From Octopus vulgaris (Eukaryota), in assembly GCA_951406725.2 (NCBI GenBank), contig OX597822.1, positions 49,352,001 to 49,416,000 on the forward strand: 64,000 nucleotides of DNA, given 5' to 3'. The position numbers were made by a program, and so were the translations under genes. How positions within the stretch are numbered: position 1 is the stretch's first letter; each line of letters opens with the position of its first letter. Under the pieces are notes generated by a model, which saw only the letters and a program-made list of their open reading frames with translations, had not been told where the DNA came from and searched no databases. Below, piece by piece: positions 50,187 to 64,000 of this stretch.

Positions 50187-52701
50187 CATATGTGTGTGTG
50201 TGTGTATATATACATACATATATATACATATACGTACACATACAAGCATAGGCACGCAGAAGTACACACGAACTCATGCACACACATACACACACTTACA
50301 CACGCACACACATTCACATACACACACAAGCACACCCATTCACACATATGTATATATGTTAAAATGGGAGAAAGAGAATGGTAGAGAAAGAGAGTGGGAG
50401 ATTATGGTACAAATGAAGAGACGGAACGAAATCATAAGGAAAAAGTAGAAAAGAAATACAGGAAAAAAGATATAAATTAATGGAGGTATTTAATGCCTTT
50501 CTTCCTCTTTCAAGGCTGGCGTTCTTAAGCCTGTTCACTTTATCTGAAGGTAATGTTGCGTTGGTTGTTATAGAGTTAAATGAACAGTACTTATCATGCT
50601 GAAGGCCAAATCGTTCAAAAATTCTGACACTGAATCTGAATAATATATATTATCTTCGAGAATTTCAAAACGACATTTTTTTATTTGTTTATTTTTTACT
50701 TTGTGTGTAGAATTACATGACTGAATTATTTAAATTAATGCTATCATTTCAAGCACACCAAATGATATGGCAGCCATATTTAATCCTCCTAATACTACGT
50801 AAATTACTGTCAGACGTCACTTACGATCGAGTATGACTTGATAACTCTTTTAATGGTTTGTGAGGCTGATGTAGTCGTGAACAGACATAAATAACCTCGC
50901 GGTTCCACCTTCATCCTAGACCCAACAGAACATCCAGAATGTAAGAACTGAATAAAAAGTGAGCTGCACTAGTAACTGCTTAGCACTCATTACAACTGTA
51001 TTTAGTTCATGGAAACCACGCGCTTCCCGGTTCCAGGAATTGAATCCGTAGCCTTATGATCCTGAGCCGAGCATCCTAACCATTAGGCCACATGCCTTCA
51101 ACCAGATTAGTTACAGTTTTCCCATTTTTCTGTAGGTCACTCTCAGAAACACACTGAAACTGTTGTCTTTCACGGAAGTTTAGTTTTACCCCATTCTCGG
51201 CACATATTTAGAAAACTTCTGCTGAAGATGTTACACGTTTTCACTATGGATTATATTGGAAATTGGTGTGATAAAACAAGTTGCCTCTTGTATCTGAATT
51301 ATGACAAAAGCAGTTATTGGATAATATTTAAAACTTTTCTGTCTCTATCATATAAGTGAAACATATTATACGCCATGTATTTTACATGAAATAATGCGTT
51401 ACATGAAGCTCCACTGAGGTAAAATCTTGTGTGATGTTATAGAAATATATGTTATAACTGCCAACTTCTTTGTAATGTTTTAGTTTTTTCTCTTTGTGTA
51501 TAGAATATGATAACAAAGGATAGAATTCCGTATAGCCTGTTGGATGTAATGGAAGGAAAAAAGATGTTGGAATGTCATGTGTGTAGGTATAACTTTATAG
51601 TAATATGTTGCTTTAAAATTTTGTAGTACATCTAACACGGCGTGCTTGAATGAAGTTACAGAAATATATGTTAAACTATATGAAGACACAGTTATTTTGT
51701 GTTGCAGATAACACAGATAGCTGTAGTTTATATCATTATAGGATGGTATCATGTAGCTTACTTCGTGATTTTTATATATGTAGAAAAACATCAATATCAA
51801 CAACAACAATAATGGTTTAAAATTTTCCAAGGCGACCTCAGGCTAGGTGCATTTATAACGCTTATCCTGAGCAAGATCCCGTTGAGCAAATAAATGGGCG
51901 GAAAAGAGGAGAAAGGGCTATTACCGTATTTTTGTGCGGGGCGGGGGTAGGTGTTCTGTTCCTCGTGTTAGAAGCGGACGTTTCCACAAGCGATTCTTTG
52001 TAAAATCTTTTTCTAACGTCTTAGTAAAATTTCCAAAATATGTTTTATATGCGTTCTGCAGTATTTGTATAATTTTTATGTTTGTAGGTGTGTTGGTTGT
52101 CGGTGTGATGAAATTGGTCTGAATCATGATCGTATGGTTGTGTACGTATCCCATTAGTGCCTAGCTCGGTGTGTTTATGGCAGTGATGTTGAAATATTGT
52201 TCGTGTTGTAATTTGTGGTCAAATTCTGCATGTGAATTAAGTTGTGCTGAAAGTGGTGGTGTCTGTGATAGTGGTAGTGATGATAACGATGTTGACAATA
52301 TTAGTGTAGCTGTGTAGGGGTCGTTTGAGCATTGTTGCTCAAAGGCATCTCCTCCATTTGTTCGTATCTGCCAGTTTTGTGTTGGTGCGTTTTTGTTCCT
52401 CTTCTTCTCTCGATCTTCGTGACCATTTGCCATTTAGGCTCCTCGCCGTTCTCTTCATTACAGGATATGTCTGAATGATCCGAAAACGAGTAGGGTGCGT
52501 TTTGTGAACGCGTTTGGTCTTTTTTTATTTGAAGTACCTATTGTTGTTATTTTGAGGATTTCTGATACTGCTGTTGGTGTTGTTGCTGTTTTTGGTGGTG
52601 GTGCAGTAATTGTTGCTGTTGTTTTTGCCGGAGTTAGTTTCGGTCTTTTTTATTGGAGATGTTGTTTTCACCTGTTTCTGTTGGTGCGCTCTCTCTCTCT
52701 C

Positions 52702-52757
<56 letters not shown>

Positions 52758-52763
52758 TCAATA

Positions 52764-53317
52764 TAAAGCTTTTGGCTGTTATTTCTAGTGGGTGAATGGC
52801 CTATTATGGCCGTTCCTTGTTTGTTGATGTTGAACTTAAAAATGGTTTATGACTATTTAATTTTTTCCCACTAGGCCGCTGGTGGCAAAAGAATTCTACA
52901 AAATTTTTTTGCCACCCTATATTGATTAATTATGAATTTTCTGGTTAGTTCCGTAATGGAATCAGTGGCTTATATTTATTTGCTGCCGATAAATTTGGCG
53001 CGAGTGCGACGATTTGAAAATTTTAGGTCAGATATTGCCGAGGTAGCAAGAGGAATGCCTCGTGAAAAATATCTGTTCCGACTTGGCTATTTCTTACTGA
53101 TGAGTCTAAGGGCCTATGGTGGATTGGCTTGATTTAATTTAATCAGGTTAGTTTACCATTAAACGGTAGATGAAACGGTGCATCGTCTAAGAAATTACAG
53201 GGTAAATGTTTTTCAATTTTCTCCTGGTTTACGGAATTAATGTTATTTTGCGGTTAAAGCTTTTGGCTGTTATTTCTAGTGGGTGAATGGCCTATTATGG
53301 CCGTTCCTTGATTGTTG

Positions 53318-53319
<2 letters not shown>
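52764..53319 (+). mobile_element. Non-coding HHR-bearing unit with 65-bp terminal direct repeats (retrozyme/pLTR-like)
   Basis: 52764-52828 equals 53255-53319 with one mismatch; period 491 bp; flanked by (TA)n on both sides. Confidence 0.7.
53089..53195 (+). ncRNA. Type I hammerhead ribozyme motif, near-intact
   Basis: Helix I ATTTCTTA/TAAGAAAT; core CTGATGA; helix II GTCTA/TAGAT enclosing a 19-bp hairpin; GAAA; quasi-palindromic helix III ACGGTGCATCGT; GTC cleavage triplet. Confidence 0.8.
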
Positions 53320-53348
<29 letters not shown>

Positions 53349-54229
53349 TTAAAGTTTAAATCTAAATTTAAAACGGAACATCACGGGTATGCAACTTATG
53401 CCTAAAAGAAACTCTGGGAATTATCACATCCAGGGATATCATGATACATAGACATTCCGAGGTGATCATATAATGTAAACATAAAAACAAAACATCGTTT
53501 CTGGAACTAAAAAAAAAATTGAAACGGATTAACATCAACCGCCCTTAACATATTATAGAACAAAGAAGGAATACAAATAAAGAAACAAACAAACCAATCA
53601 ATATTTCAGATGATATACACTATACTACTGTACCACCAGAAACAATTAAAAGGTCTCCGTAAGAAAGTATCATTTATCAATTCAATTCAGACAATGAACC
53701 CTTGCACATGATGGCTGTTGTGGGTGTACCAGCTGACCTGTTTATTTCAGAATTCATTAAGATGATCATGCCTTAAATGAGATCGAACAAAGGAATGTAC
53801 GACCCATCCTTCACATCTGCAGAATAAATAGCATAATAAGTCCAACATCACGACACACCCCCTTCCCCCTAAACTGCAATTCCTTCCAAGGAGATAACTA
53901 AATAACTCAAATAACTTACGTTCTGGTCAAAAGGGACAAGCAAACCGTTGGCTAACATCCATTAATATTATATCGCCCGAAGAAATGGATCCATGAAGAT
54001 AATCTACCCAATGCTCCCGGATCTACGGACTACATCGTAATAATCCCAGGAATATGGACTGTGACCTGAGGAGACAGTTGGACTGTGGAAACGTGCGCAG
54101 CGATGCATTAAATGTTTATAAATTCTATCCGAGGATTATTGTTACTACTACTATATTTATCCTACATTATATCAGTACAACACGACGCAACACCTCAAAA
54201 ATGGTGCACAAGTCAGCATCATTAGTTTC

Positions 54230-54518
54230 TGAGATTGGCGACGTCATCATATATAGAAGTTTTGAACTGGTTGATAGCCCTCCTTATTTGGCCCCAACTG
54301 ATTATCATCAGATACCTAACATGAAAAAACTAGGTCGGGAACCAGTATCGCAGTAGTGATGACGTTATATCTGCTGTTAACTTGTTTGACCTACACGTTG
54401 AAAGCCTCTTCACCAATGGAAGACCGATGGAAGACATATGTTGAATAGTAAACCTCATCTGGTTACATTCCACGAACTTATCTTGGTCAGCCACTCAGGT
54501 TTTCAGCTGACTCTCGTA
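54230..54518 (+). mobile_element. Mariner 3' fragment
   Basis: FELVDSPPYLAPTDYHQIPNMKK (YSPDLAPSDY motif with deletion); ends TTTCAGCTGACTCTCG-TA. Confidence 0.65.
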
Positions 54519-55762
54519 AAGGAAAAGACAAGATATTGTATCGGCCTACATAAGTTGTTTAAGGCGTCTATTCATACTTCAAGAAACCCTTCCTTTGTGA
54601 AATGTGAGATAGACCGTAATCCAGGAGGTCAGAGAAAAATGTTATCGGTAGAGCGTTCTGGTATGTTACATAAAGAAGTATAAATTGAATTACGAATTTG
54701 TTAAAATTATTAATAATTCATTTAGAAGGATTTTTAGAATGCATTACCAAATTATAATGAAGTCAAGGTCTTACAGGTGCAACTAAATACCCATTAGAAT
54801 TGTTTTTAATAACTATATACGTTTATGTTTGCATCTTTTTCTCTATCGATGTATGTATACGAGTCGTACGCACATTTACATAATTTTAATATAATTTTTA
54901 ATATATCGACCGGTTTCGCTATCGCTATTCATGATATTATGTTTTACTTATTTGAATATATATTTTTTCTTAAGAAGAAATTTGGTCCATGTTGTGTGTG
55001 ATGAAATTCACGAGTGAATGACTTCACAAGTAAATAAAGGGAGGTAATTGGTTGTCGTTATTGTTATTGTTGTGGGTATATATATATATATGTATATGTA
55101 TGTATGTATGTATGTTTACACATACATATGTGCATATTTGTATGAGTGTGTCTATGTGAAGGTATATGTGTGTGTTTGTGTGTGTATGTGTTGTGAGCAC
55201 GTGCGTGTGCGTGCACTCGTAGTTTTGCACAATACCATGCTATTTATACTTTGTTCGAAGATATTTAATGCAGTCTCCTATTCTGAAGTCAAGAAACGTT
55301 TTTTTTTTGCAGAAGGATTATTTACACATGAATACCGGTTCTCGGTATTTAAATAATGGTAATTGGGAATAATAGTAATCGTAAAGGGAAGATGAAGATG
55401 CACATAAAAGTAAAAAAGAAAAAAAAGAAAAAAGGAAAAACACATGAGGGAAAAAAATTTTTTATAGTTTCAATAACTGTTTTCCGAATGTCAACGTAAT
55501 GCATTCCTTCCTTAACAAAATATTATAGGTTTCGTCTCCTAATGCTTCTCTTTCCCCTTTCTTTGTGTCTGCTTCTTAAATATCTACTACTCTTCTTTTT
55601 ACTTCCTCTTTCTTCTCCATCATCTTTGCTTTCTTTATCTCTACTTTTTGTATTTTCTTAAGTTCTTATTTACTGGTTCCTACCTGTTTTTTGCCTTCAG
55701 ATTCTACTTCTTCTGCTAATTCTTTTACTTCACTTCATTGTTACCTCTTCTATTAGGTCTTC

Positions 55763-56046
<284 letters not shown>

Positions 56047-56597
56047 ATAGCAATCATTGTCACCGCCATATTATCATCGCTATCATATTCATTATCAACA
56101 TCATCAACACAGTCTCATAAACATCATGATCCCTCTCCCCCACTGCCTCCAATTCCCCCTCGTCCTGACCGTCCTCCTCCTTGTCCTCGTCCCCCCCTGC
56201 TCCTCCTCTTCCTCCTCTTCCCTTGAAGCAGCAGCATCGTTCATTTTTGCTTTTGATTCGTCTATTCTCTAAAATTTCTTCCTCTTGAATCGAGCTTTTC
56301 ATCTTCCTATTCTTTTGGTAATTCTTCTTTTTGGGGTCTCTCTCTCACCAATATGCTCATCAAACATCATTATCTCTTTCGACATTCCAATCGTATACTT
56401 TGTTTTACTTTCCTCTCACTTTCTCATCCATCGCGCTTCTCTCCTTTTCTTCCTTCTTACCTCCTCTACGAACAGTGCTCACATCTGCTCCTCGTCTAAT
56501 AAAGTACTTTTGGCATCACTCATGGTACCATTTGCCTTTTATCTTTCCTCCATATCAGCATCGTCATCGTCGTCGTCGTCATCATCATCGTCATCAT

Positions 56598-56628
<31 letters not shown>

Positions 56629-57341
56629 AGCATCAGCATCGTGATCATCATCGTCATCGTCATTATTATCATATATATTATCTAGTACATCATGGAAAGT
56701 TTGCAGAGATATTCGCTTTTTAACTTAGCAGTTAATGTTGTGCTGCCAACACGACATATTGCGTCTGGTAAACGTATATGGAATAAACATAATTTCAAGT
56801 ATATTAACCCTCAAAGTATCAGTCTTCGTGACGCTATAGAAGTGAACCGAGTGCTTAAGTAGTTTGCTTCGCAATCACAAATTCTGAATTCGATTCCCTC
56901 GAAGGACAAATGTATGAATGCCTTTTACCACTGCCTCTGGTCAACTCAAACCTGGCAAGGGAAACTGTGAAGATACCGTCCAGCTCGGCTATTTCTGCAA
57001 TCCTAGATACAGCACTAATAATATACTGTGTCGCTTTGTTTCGATCTCAAGATTGTGTCAAATTATATATGTCTGCGTGATACTCATCCAGTTATAGGCT
57101 AACTTAACGAATATGTAGTTCAGCTGATCCAATATTTTCTGTCGAAAATGCTGGAAGACCTATAACTTTGGTTATGCTGCATAATTGTCGAATGTCTCGT
57201 CAGGCTATAGTGTTGTGTTCCTATTTTACAAACGTGAAACTCAGGTCATCCTGGATTTCATTTTCAAGACAGAAAATGTCTTCTGACCTCTTAGTTTTAT
57301 TTAATTGTTTCATATTGTATTTTATGAATAATATTCAAGTA

Positions 57342-57511
57342 TGTGCATGAGAATACATACATAATCCAAAATATACGAATCTGCATGTATACATAAATAC
57401 AGACACACGAAAATGCCCTGTTGATGTTGTTGAAATTTCAATGACGGAGCCTTGGATCTAGGTTAGAAATCGTCTCTTTCTCTATTGGCAGGAAATCTTG
57501 AAATAAAACTG

Positions 57512-57513
<2 letters not shown>
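57342..57513 (+). mobile_element. 3' UTR fragment of the same RLE-type family as 5832-6425
   Basis: Shared blocks GCATGAGAATACATACATA, GTTGAAATT.CAATGA.GGA, TTGGATCTAG, GAAATCTTGAAATAAA.CTGAA. Confidence 0.65.
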
Positions 57514-57586
<73 letters not shown>

Positions 57587-57601
57587 TTACACACACACAC
57601 A
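57513..57601. repeat. (CA)n microsatellite
   Basis: Read directly. Confidence 0.95.
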
Positions 57602-57624
57602 TTTATATATAAATATACATATAT

Positions 57625-57793
57625 ATTAGATGAGCTTCTTTCAGCTTCCGTATACCAAATCCACACGCCCACAAACCTTTGGTCGGCCCGAGACTATAGC
57701 AGAAGGTACTTGCTCAAGGTGCCACGCAGGGAAACTGAGCCTGGAACCATGTGATTTAGAAGTAAAGTTCTTATCACACAGCCACACCTGCGC
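57625..57793 (-). mobile_element. SINE family A, 5' half
   Basis: Reverse complement of GCGCAGGTGTGGCTGTGTGATAAG...GGCCGACCAAAGG...GGATTTGGTATACGGAAGCTGAAAGAAGC. Confidence 0.8.
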
Positions 57794-58340
57794 TTGTTAA
57801 ATGCAAATTTCAAAACGTTGGTTAAGGTATTAACAAAAGAGGCTGGCACGAGCCATTCCAGGTAAATATATCCCCGACAACGTCCATCTCATGCGATACA
57901 AATCTCAAAGCGGAGTAGAACCTGGCAATACAAAGTTGGGGGCTCTGATTAATTCAGATCAGTCGAAAACTTTTGATAGGGTCAGCCATCTATATTTGGC
58001 GGTTACACTTATCGGTAGTTTCGGTCCCATCTTCCGTAGTTGGATTGCCGTGCTTTACAGCAACAGCTGCTCGATCGTTCGGTTGAATGGTCACGTATCG
58101 AAAACATTCATTATTATGCGCTCGGTCCATCAACTTTGGTCCCTCTCGCCTGTACTGTATGGGCATGAGCGCATATAAGACATGGGGACCGTGTCAGCAA
58201 CGCGGATAAGTTTAACGTCATAGTGTCATCACTGCTCCAATGAAATATGAGGCAGTGATAGAAAATATCAGTGGGCATGCAACTCAGCGCCTAGGGAGGT
58301 AGGTCCATACCGTCCAATAATATCATAGGATGTAGGAAGA
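57794..58340 (+). mobile_element. Old Tx1-family RT fragment
   Basis: LLNANFKTLVKVLTK..., DNVHLMRY, GALINSDQSKTFDRVSHLYL, FGPIFRSWIAVLY, RLNGHVS. Confidence 0.82.
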
Positions 58341-61300
58341 CGGATCGGTTTCATGTAACTCCACCTAATACTGTATTATATCGTTCTGTACTGTCATCGA
58401 TCCAAAGAGGTTAGTACAGGGTTGGTTGGGCGAGACTCAAAACGGATGATGTGGAGAGGAAAGTGGCATGTCATTATTGTCTAAGTGTATTACATATTTT
58501 CTTCGTTCAACGAATCAGAAACTCTTATAGTATTGGAGGAAAAGAAACAAAGGTAGGAGTTGACTGAAGTAAATGGGGTGGTTTGGTGAATGAAGGAATT
58601 CATTTTATTCCAGTTCTCTTACTAATAGAGTGAAATGCTTATGAATGTTGAGGCGTATCGTTTCACCTTTTCTATAATCATGTATATTTATCTCTACTTT
58701 AGAAAATATATACTTTAGAAAGAAACAGTCATAAAAACGAAGACAATTGTTTTGTGTTAATAGTTTTCTGCTATTTCAAATACAAGTTTTTGAGAGGGTA
58801 TTCCATCACATCCATAGATTCCTGGCTTTTATCAAATAATCAAAGAGTCACCGTGGTAATTCGTTTGAAATTTTATCCAAATCTCCTTGAAGTTATGCTT
58901 TAAGGTTCCATAAGCAGACAACCGTATTGGATAAGAGATCATGTAGCCCTAGTAACGTAATACGTGAGAACAGGAGTGGGATAGTTACGACTGAAATAGA
59001 TTTAATTATAGGGCTTTTCAACAAAAAGATGTTTCATCCTGCAATCTAAGCAGTTGAGAACGGGAAACTCGAAGTATTGAGAGAATGAGACTGATGCTAC
59101 ACAGAGTCAAGATTACAGCTCTTCTGACTTAGTTACTACAACTATGTATACTAACTATTACAATTAAATACAATTCTGTGACATAACCATTTTCTCTAAA
59201 ACTGTATCTACTTAACACTCAGTTTTGATGTAAAGAAAGCTCAGTACAGTACCATTGCGCAAATAACTAATGTATTGCTTTGGAGCTAGTTTTATGATAT
59301 TTATCTCTCTAAAGAACTGTTATAATTAAAAGTTTGAGCCAGACAGACGTAAGATAATTTCTTAATCGAGAAATTGGTCTGAAATTTGTTTTGTATAACG
59401 TTGCGTGATAACTTTATATCACTTATCTCTTAATTAGAGTTCTTATCTTTTCTCCGTTCAAAACACTGAGCTATGTATATAAGGTCTCAACTTTTAGGAG
59501 ATGATGGTATATTAGTATATTTTTATTTTGAAAAGCTAAATAAGAGAACTATTTTTTAAAGCAATGTTTTAATCGTTGAATAGTTTATTTTATAATATAT
59601 AAGGGAATATAACAGAAAAAAGTATATAATAAACGTAAAACTAATAAGAACCCAAGCATAATTTCTTATTTACGATTAAGAAATTATAATATCAGCAATG
59701 TGATTGAGATTTCTTCATGGTGACACCTTTCTTCAATAAATTACTAGCTAAATATTTAAAAGGGAATTCAGTCGAACTCATGGATTATTGTCTTCATTTA
59801 ATTATCAGCAAATCAAAAAAGAAGACAAAAGAACTCCACCCCAAACAAAGAAACATGAACATGGTAACTCGATTTCTCTGAAATAAGAGTCAAATTTACT
59901 TGAAATAACACTCTAACTTGCCAAAATTAGATGGACACATTGGATTATGTATTACTAAATACGAGCGAAGTAGTAATGGCTGAAATACATTTAATCACAA
60001 ATCAACAAAGTTTGATACTGAATTGAACTGATTTTGAGCAGGAATATTAATGAATTAAACAAGTCTAATTTTGACAATCCTCACCATATAAGTAGGGAAG
60101 CTCATTTCGTGACTACGAGGTTTCCCGTTCGATACCACTCTTTATAATATAACTTTGCGTTGCCCTAAGTTGACTAGAGTTTCCCCAATGAAAATTGATT
60201 GACGGTATGGAACTCCGCCGAGAAACTATTCCATGCTTTGGTGTTATGCTTAATTTCCTGTCTGCGCGTAATGGTTAAGGTATAATGACTTAGGTTCACT
60301 TCTCGAATCGGATGAAGAATTCTTTGACGATGCGCTTCATTTTTCCTTTATCTAGTCCACACAGCTGTAAATGAATTCCTTCTACTGTAGACTAAGACCT
60401 CATAGAGACGTATTAGAAGCAAATCTTGCAAAATATGTCAACGTCCGTTGATGATAGTTTGGTTCTTGGGTGCTGTCATGTCAGTAGTAAGCGTATAAGT
60501 TATCAAGGAATTAATTGATAGTTGCAGTATCTGTTAACCAAGATAATGCAGTGATAGCAACGGTACTAACTGTTGACCGTACTAAGCGTTGAAAGGTATC
60601 CTTACCCACATGATAATCTAAGGTTTGATACACCTGCCGTGACGTTAATATTTGCTTGAGGACCGTTGCAAGGTGCAACATAGGTGCAAACTCGAAATAT
60701 GAGAACGTCTAAAATTTTCTTCCTAGCTTTTGAAATGCAGTTTTTCAGGGGTTCACATTAGAGAGGTGGATAAGTCGACCGATAAATTAGTGCTTCGGAT
60801 TCTCTGTCGAACTTGATCTTCTATCTCTGGAAAAGACACTTACATTCCAATAGTCGACTGCTTCTTGGACAAGTGGTAAACTTTGTTGCCGTAATCAGCA
60901 GTATTACTGTATTATTGAGAAGAAATTCATTCATTAATAGTGTTGCGTTCGGCTGTATTTTCTGAAAATATAAACCTCCCCACTTTGTATAAATCTTCCC
61001 ACTTTGTATCTTCAAACTCAGTGTAAGATTTATGCTTCCATTCCAGAAAAATGGACAAACACACACATACACCCCTCCCTACAGAGCTGAGTTAACGATA
61101 GAGCGTCAACGTCGTCGCTTGACTTGCTAGAAATAGAAGCTGAATTTTCTTCATATCTCATCCTATTGACTTAAATAATGAAATATATATTGGATAAGAT
61201 ATTCCTAAAATGAGCTGGTTGCCAAGATTTGAAAGAATTTTGTCAGAGTTCGGTCAGGGTGAATCTAGCTTTAAATAACAATAACAAAAACAAGAACAGG

Positions 61301-63171
61301 AGATGCGAGGTGCGTTCAATATGTACCCGACTTTATTTTTTCCCGCCAAAACTAATGACACGTCGGAAAACCCTTTGCGTGGGAGGCGACGCTACTCTTG
61401 CTGCACGTGCATGAATATTTGTCTCCGTTAAGCTATCTTGCCCACGGCTTATCTCTTCGAATCTAAGGAAATTAACAAATAAAATATTCAGCAATCGTGA
61501 TTTGACTTGCTGTTCATTTTTTTAACAATTGTACTATATTCATGTCATTAATATTTTTCAGAATATTATGATCATACCGGAGTCACATTTTTATCCTCGT
61601 GTCTTTGTCACTTTATTCTAAGTACACTTTATATTTGAAAAAAGTTTGATAACTTTACAAAAGCATTAGAAGACTAATATCATTCTGTAAATTCATCAAT
61701 TTTAACCGAATAATGTAAATATAGATTGGACTCGGAAATTTTGCAATTTCCTGTGAAAGGTGTAAGCAAATGATTTAACATTTTACACTTCCTTTCAATA
61801 GAAAGCCTTGTTAAATAAAGTGTATGTTACGAGTACAGTGAAATTAGCAACTATCTTGTTACTTAGTGAAGTAAGTGTATAACAAAAATTAGACATTTTT
61901 ATCTTCTTGATTCTTTCATTTTTGCGTTTTAAAACTAACACATACTTTAAAATTATGATCCAGTTTCGTAATTCTACGAAGAAAAATTTTCTCATCATTT
62001 TCGGTGTTAATTAATGAAGAAAATATAAAATTGAAATATATCGGAAAAACATGAGGGAAATAAAACGGGAAATTTATGAGAACATTTGCTTAAATTTGGC
62101 GACTAAAATTAATAAGTAAATATTTAATATCTGCTTGTATATAAATGTTTAATGTATAACTGTCTGTTTATACATTAGTACCTCCTTGTTAGATATGAAG
62201 GTGTGAAGGTGTATATTAGTTTATATATAACTGTGTTGCTATATATTATTTTTATAATCATATTACACGTATTCTGCATTGTGTTACTGCAATAAAAAAT
62301 TGTATATGGCTAGTTTAATGTGTCTAATCGTCGATTATGTATTGAATAAAGAATAATATCACGTACGAGGTAGATAACACCTGGCTGTTTCAAACACAAG
62401 TACTCACAATGATGTTACACACACACACATACACACACACACACATACGTATGCACGCACACATTCATACACACAGACATGTATATAGATTTACGAACAG
62501 ATCAGACGTGAATAAAATTGTTGTTTCTTTTAACACATGAAGAAAAATAAAGATTGTCAAGACATGTCTCATGGTTCGCTTGCCACTCATTATTTGTCTG
62601 GCCAGGAAGACGGCTAAAATGAATAGCTAAGTACGAAGAGAAAAGCACGATACATTCATTTTTCTTTTATACTTTTATTCTTTTACTCGTCTCATTCATT
62701 TGACTGCGGCCATGCTGGAGCACCGCCTTATTTAAATATTGATAGCAAATGGAAAGTTTTCTATTATACAGTTCACACAAATCCTCATATGCTAGTGTAG
62801 CTTTATCTTCATATAAATTTATAACAGATATTGATTCAAATACTTTATGATATAGAATTTATGAGAAAATGTGGACAGTCATAGGTTATCCAATCGACTC
62901 CAGGTAAAAGCAAAGTTGACATTGGACTTAGAATGTAAAGAGCAGAAATAAATACATTAAGGTACATTGTTTGACACTGTATCAATTCTACTCTCACTGC
63001 CAGCTTAACCTATTAAAACACATAAATATGTGAGTGTAGTTATTTGAATTAAACAAACACATACACACACACGCACATACTTATGTGCATATGTAAACCG
63101 TTTCACAATTGCTTAGTATACGATTTGCCTTATATTGCAAAACAAATATACATGGACAAAGATAACATAAG

Positions 63172-63432
63172 ATGGACTACTCAAAGAAACCGGAATTTTG
63201 CAATATTATTTTATTCGCTTAGTTTTACATATTTACAATTTTATCGCCTTCAAAGTATACTTTATCTGAAGCAATGTATTGGTCCAGGAGCGTGTTCCAC
63301 TGTTCAAAGCAGTTCTGGACTTCTTGCGAGGAGATGCCTGTTAACGCCTCTGTCACATTTTTTTGTTCACCCCTTCGACATCTGCAAAACGTTTTCCCTT
63401 TAAGAACCTTTTTCAGTTGGGTGAAAAAATAG
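63172..63432 (-). mobile_element. Mariner 3' fragment
   Basis: FTQLKKVLKGK(R)F...EVQNCFEQWNTLLDQYIASDKVYFEGD is a mariner transposase C-terminus. Confidence 0.7.
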
Positions 63433-63718
63433 GTGATAAAAATAGCAGAGAACAGTCCTGTAGCTATGAAGGAAGACTGACTTCTAGACATGGGTCACAC
63501 GCCCACAGGTGTGTGGACATGTCTTGATGTCACGAGAATCAGCTCTTCTATATGTAGAGCCTGTGCCTCAATAATAAGCTCGGGAAACTAGCAGAATAAA
63601 TTGTAAATAAACCGGTACAATGCAACGGGAATTCACTGCTGAACCATATCAAAGAAAAATCATGAACTTCAGAGTTTGGAATGAAGGTCCAAAACTGTTG
63701 ACGTTTGTAAAATAAGTA

Positions 63719-63855
63719 TCTTTTCTACACTGGGCGCAAGGCCCGAAATGTTTGTGGTGGAGTCCAGTCGACCTCCGCGGAATTTGAACTCAGAACGTTA
63801 AGACAGACGAAAAACCGCTAAGCATTTCGCCCGACTTGCTAACATTTATGTCGCC
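63719..63855 (-). mobile_element. SINE family B, internally deleted
   Basis: GGAATTTGAACTCAGAACGT...CCGCTAAGCATTTCGCCCG joined directly to the 3' part at GTCGA. Confidence 0.7.
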
Positions 63856-63911
63856 TTTTGTAAAATAAGAATGGTATATAAATAGATAGATAGCTAGATA
63901 GGTGGATATAT

Positions 63912-64000
<89 letters not shown>

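Noticed and set aside
60821-61440. Possible further mariner 5' fragments
   Set aside because: Only a TIR-like start (CGAGGTGCGTTCAA) without a partner or clear transposase motif.

Overview
Eukaryotic, AT-rich, microsatellite-dense DNA. The SINE families look like octopus/cephalopod repeats (inference from memory, not a search). I found one host coding exon, which the ORF track misses: 7299-7482 on the minus strand, a GPR158/GPR179/CG31760-like class C GPCR extracellular segment. The rest appears to be intron or flank filled with mobile DNA. This includes two young, GC-rich, 5'-truncated Tx1/L1-clade retrotransposons in tandem inside a (CTAC)n/(TATC)n array; a full-length decayed mariner; remnants of Penelope-like, CR1, RTE, R4/Dong-like and possibly hAT elements; Helitron-like non-autonomous elements; MITEs; and at least four tRNA-derived SINE families. 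The most notable unannotated signal is about ten minimal type I hammerhead ribozyme (HHR) motifs from different repeat families. One near-intact HHR sits in a 491-bp terminally redundant non-coding unit (52764-53319) that resembles a retrozyme or circular-RNA-derived insertion. Most ORFs in the track are microsatellite read-throughs. All alignments and counts were done by eye.
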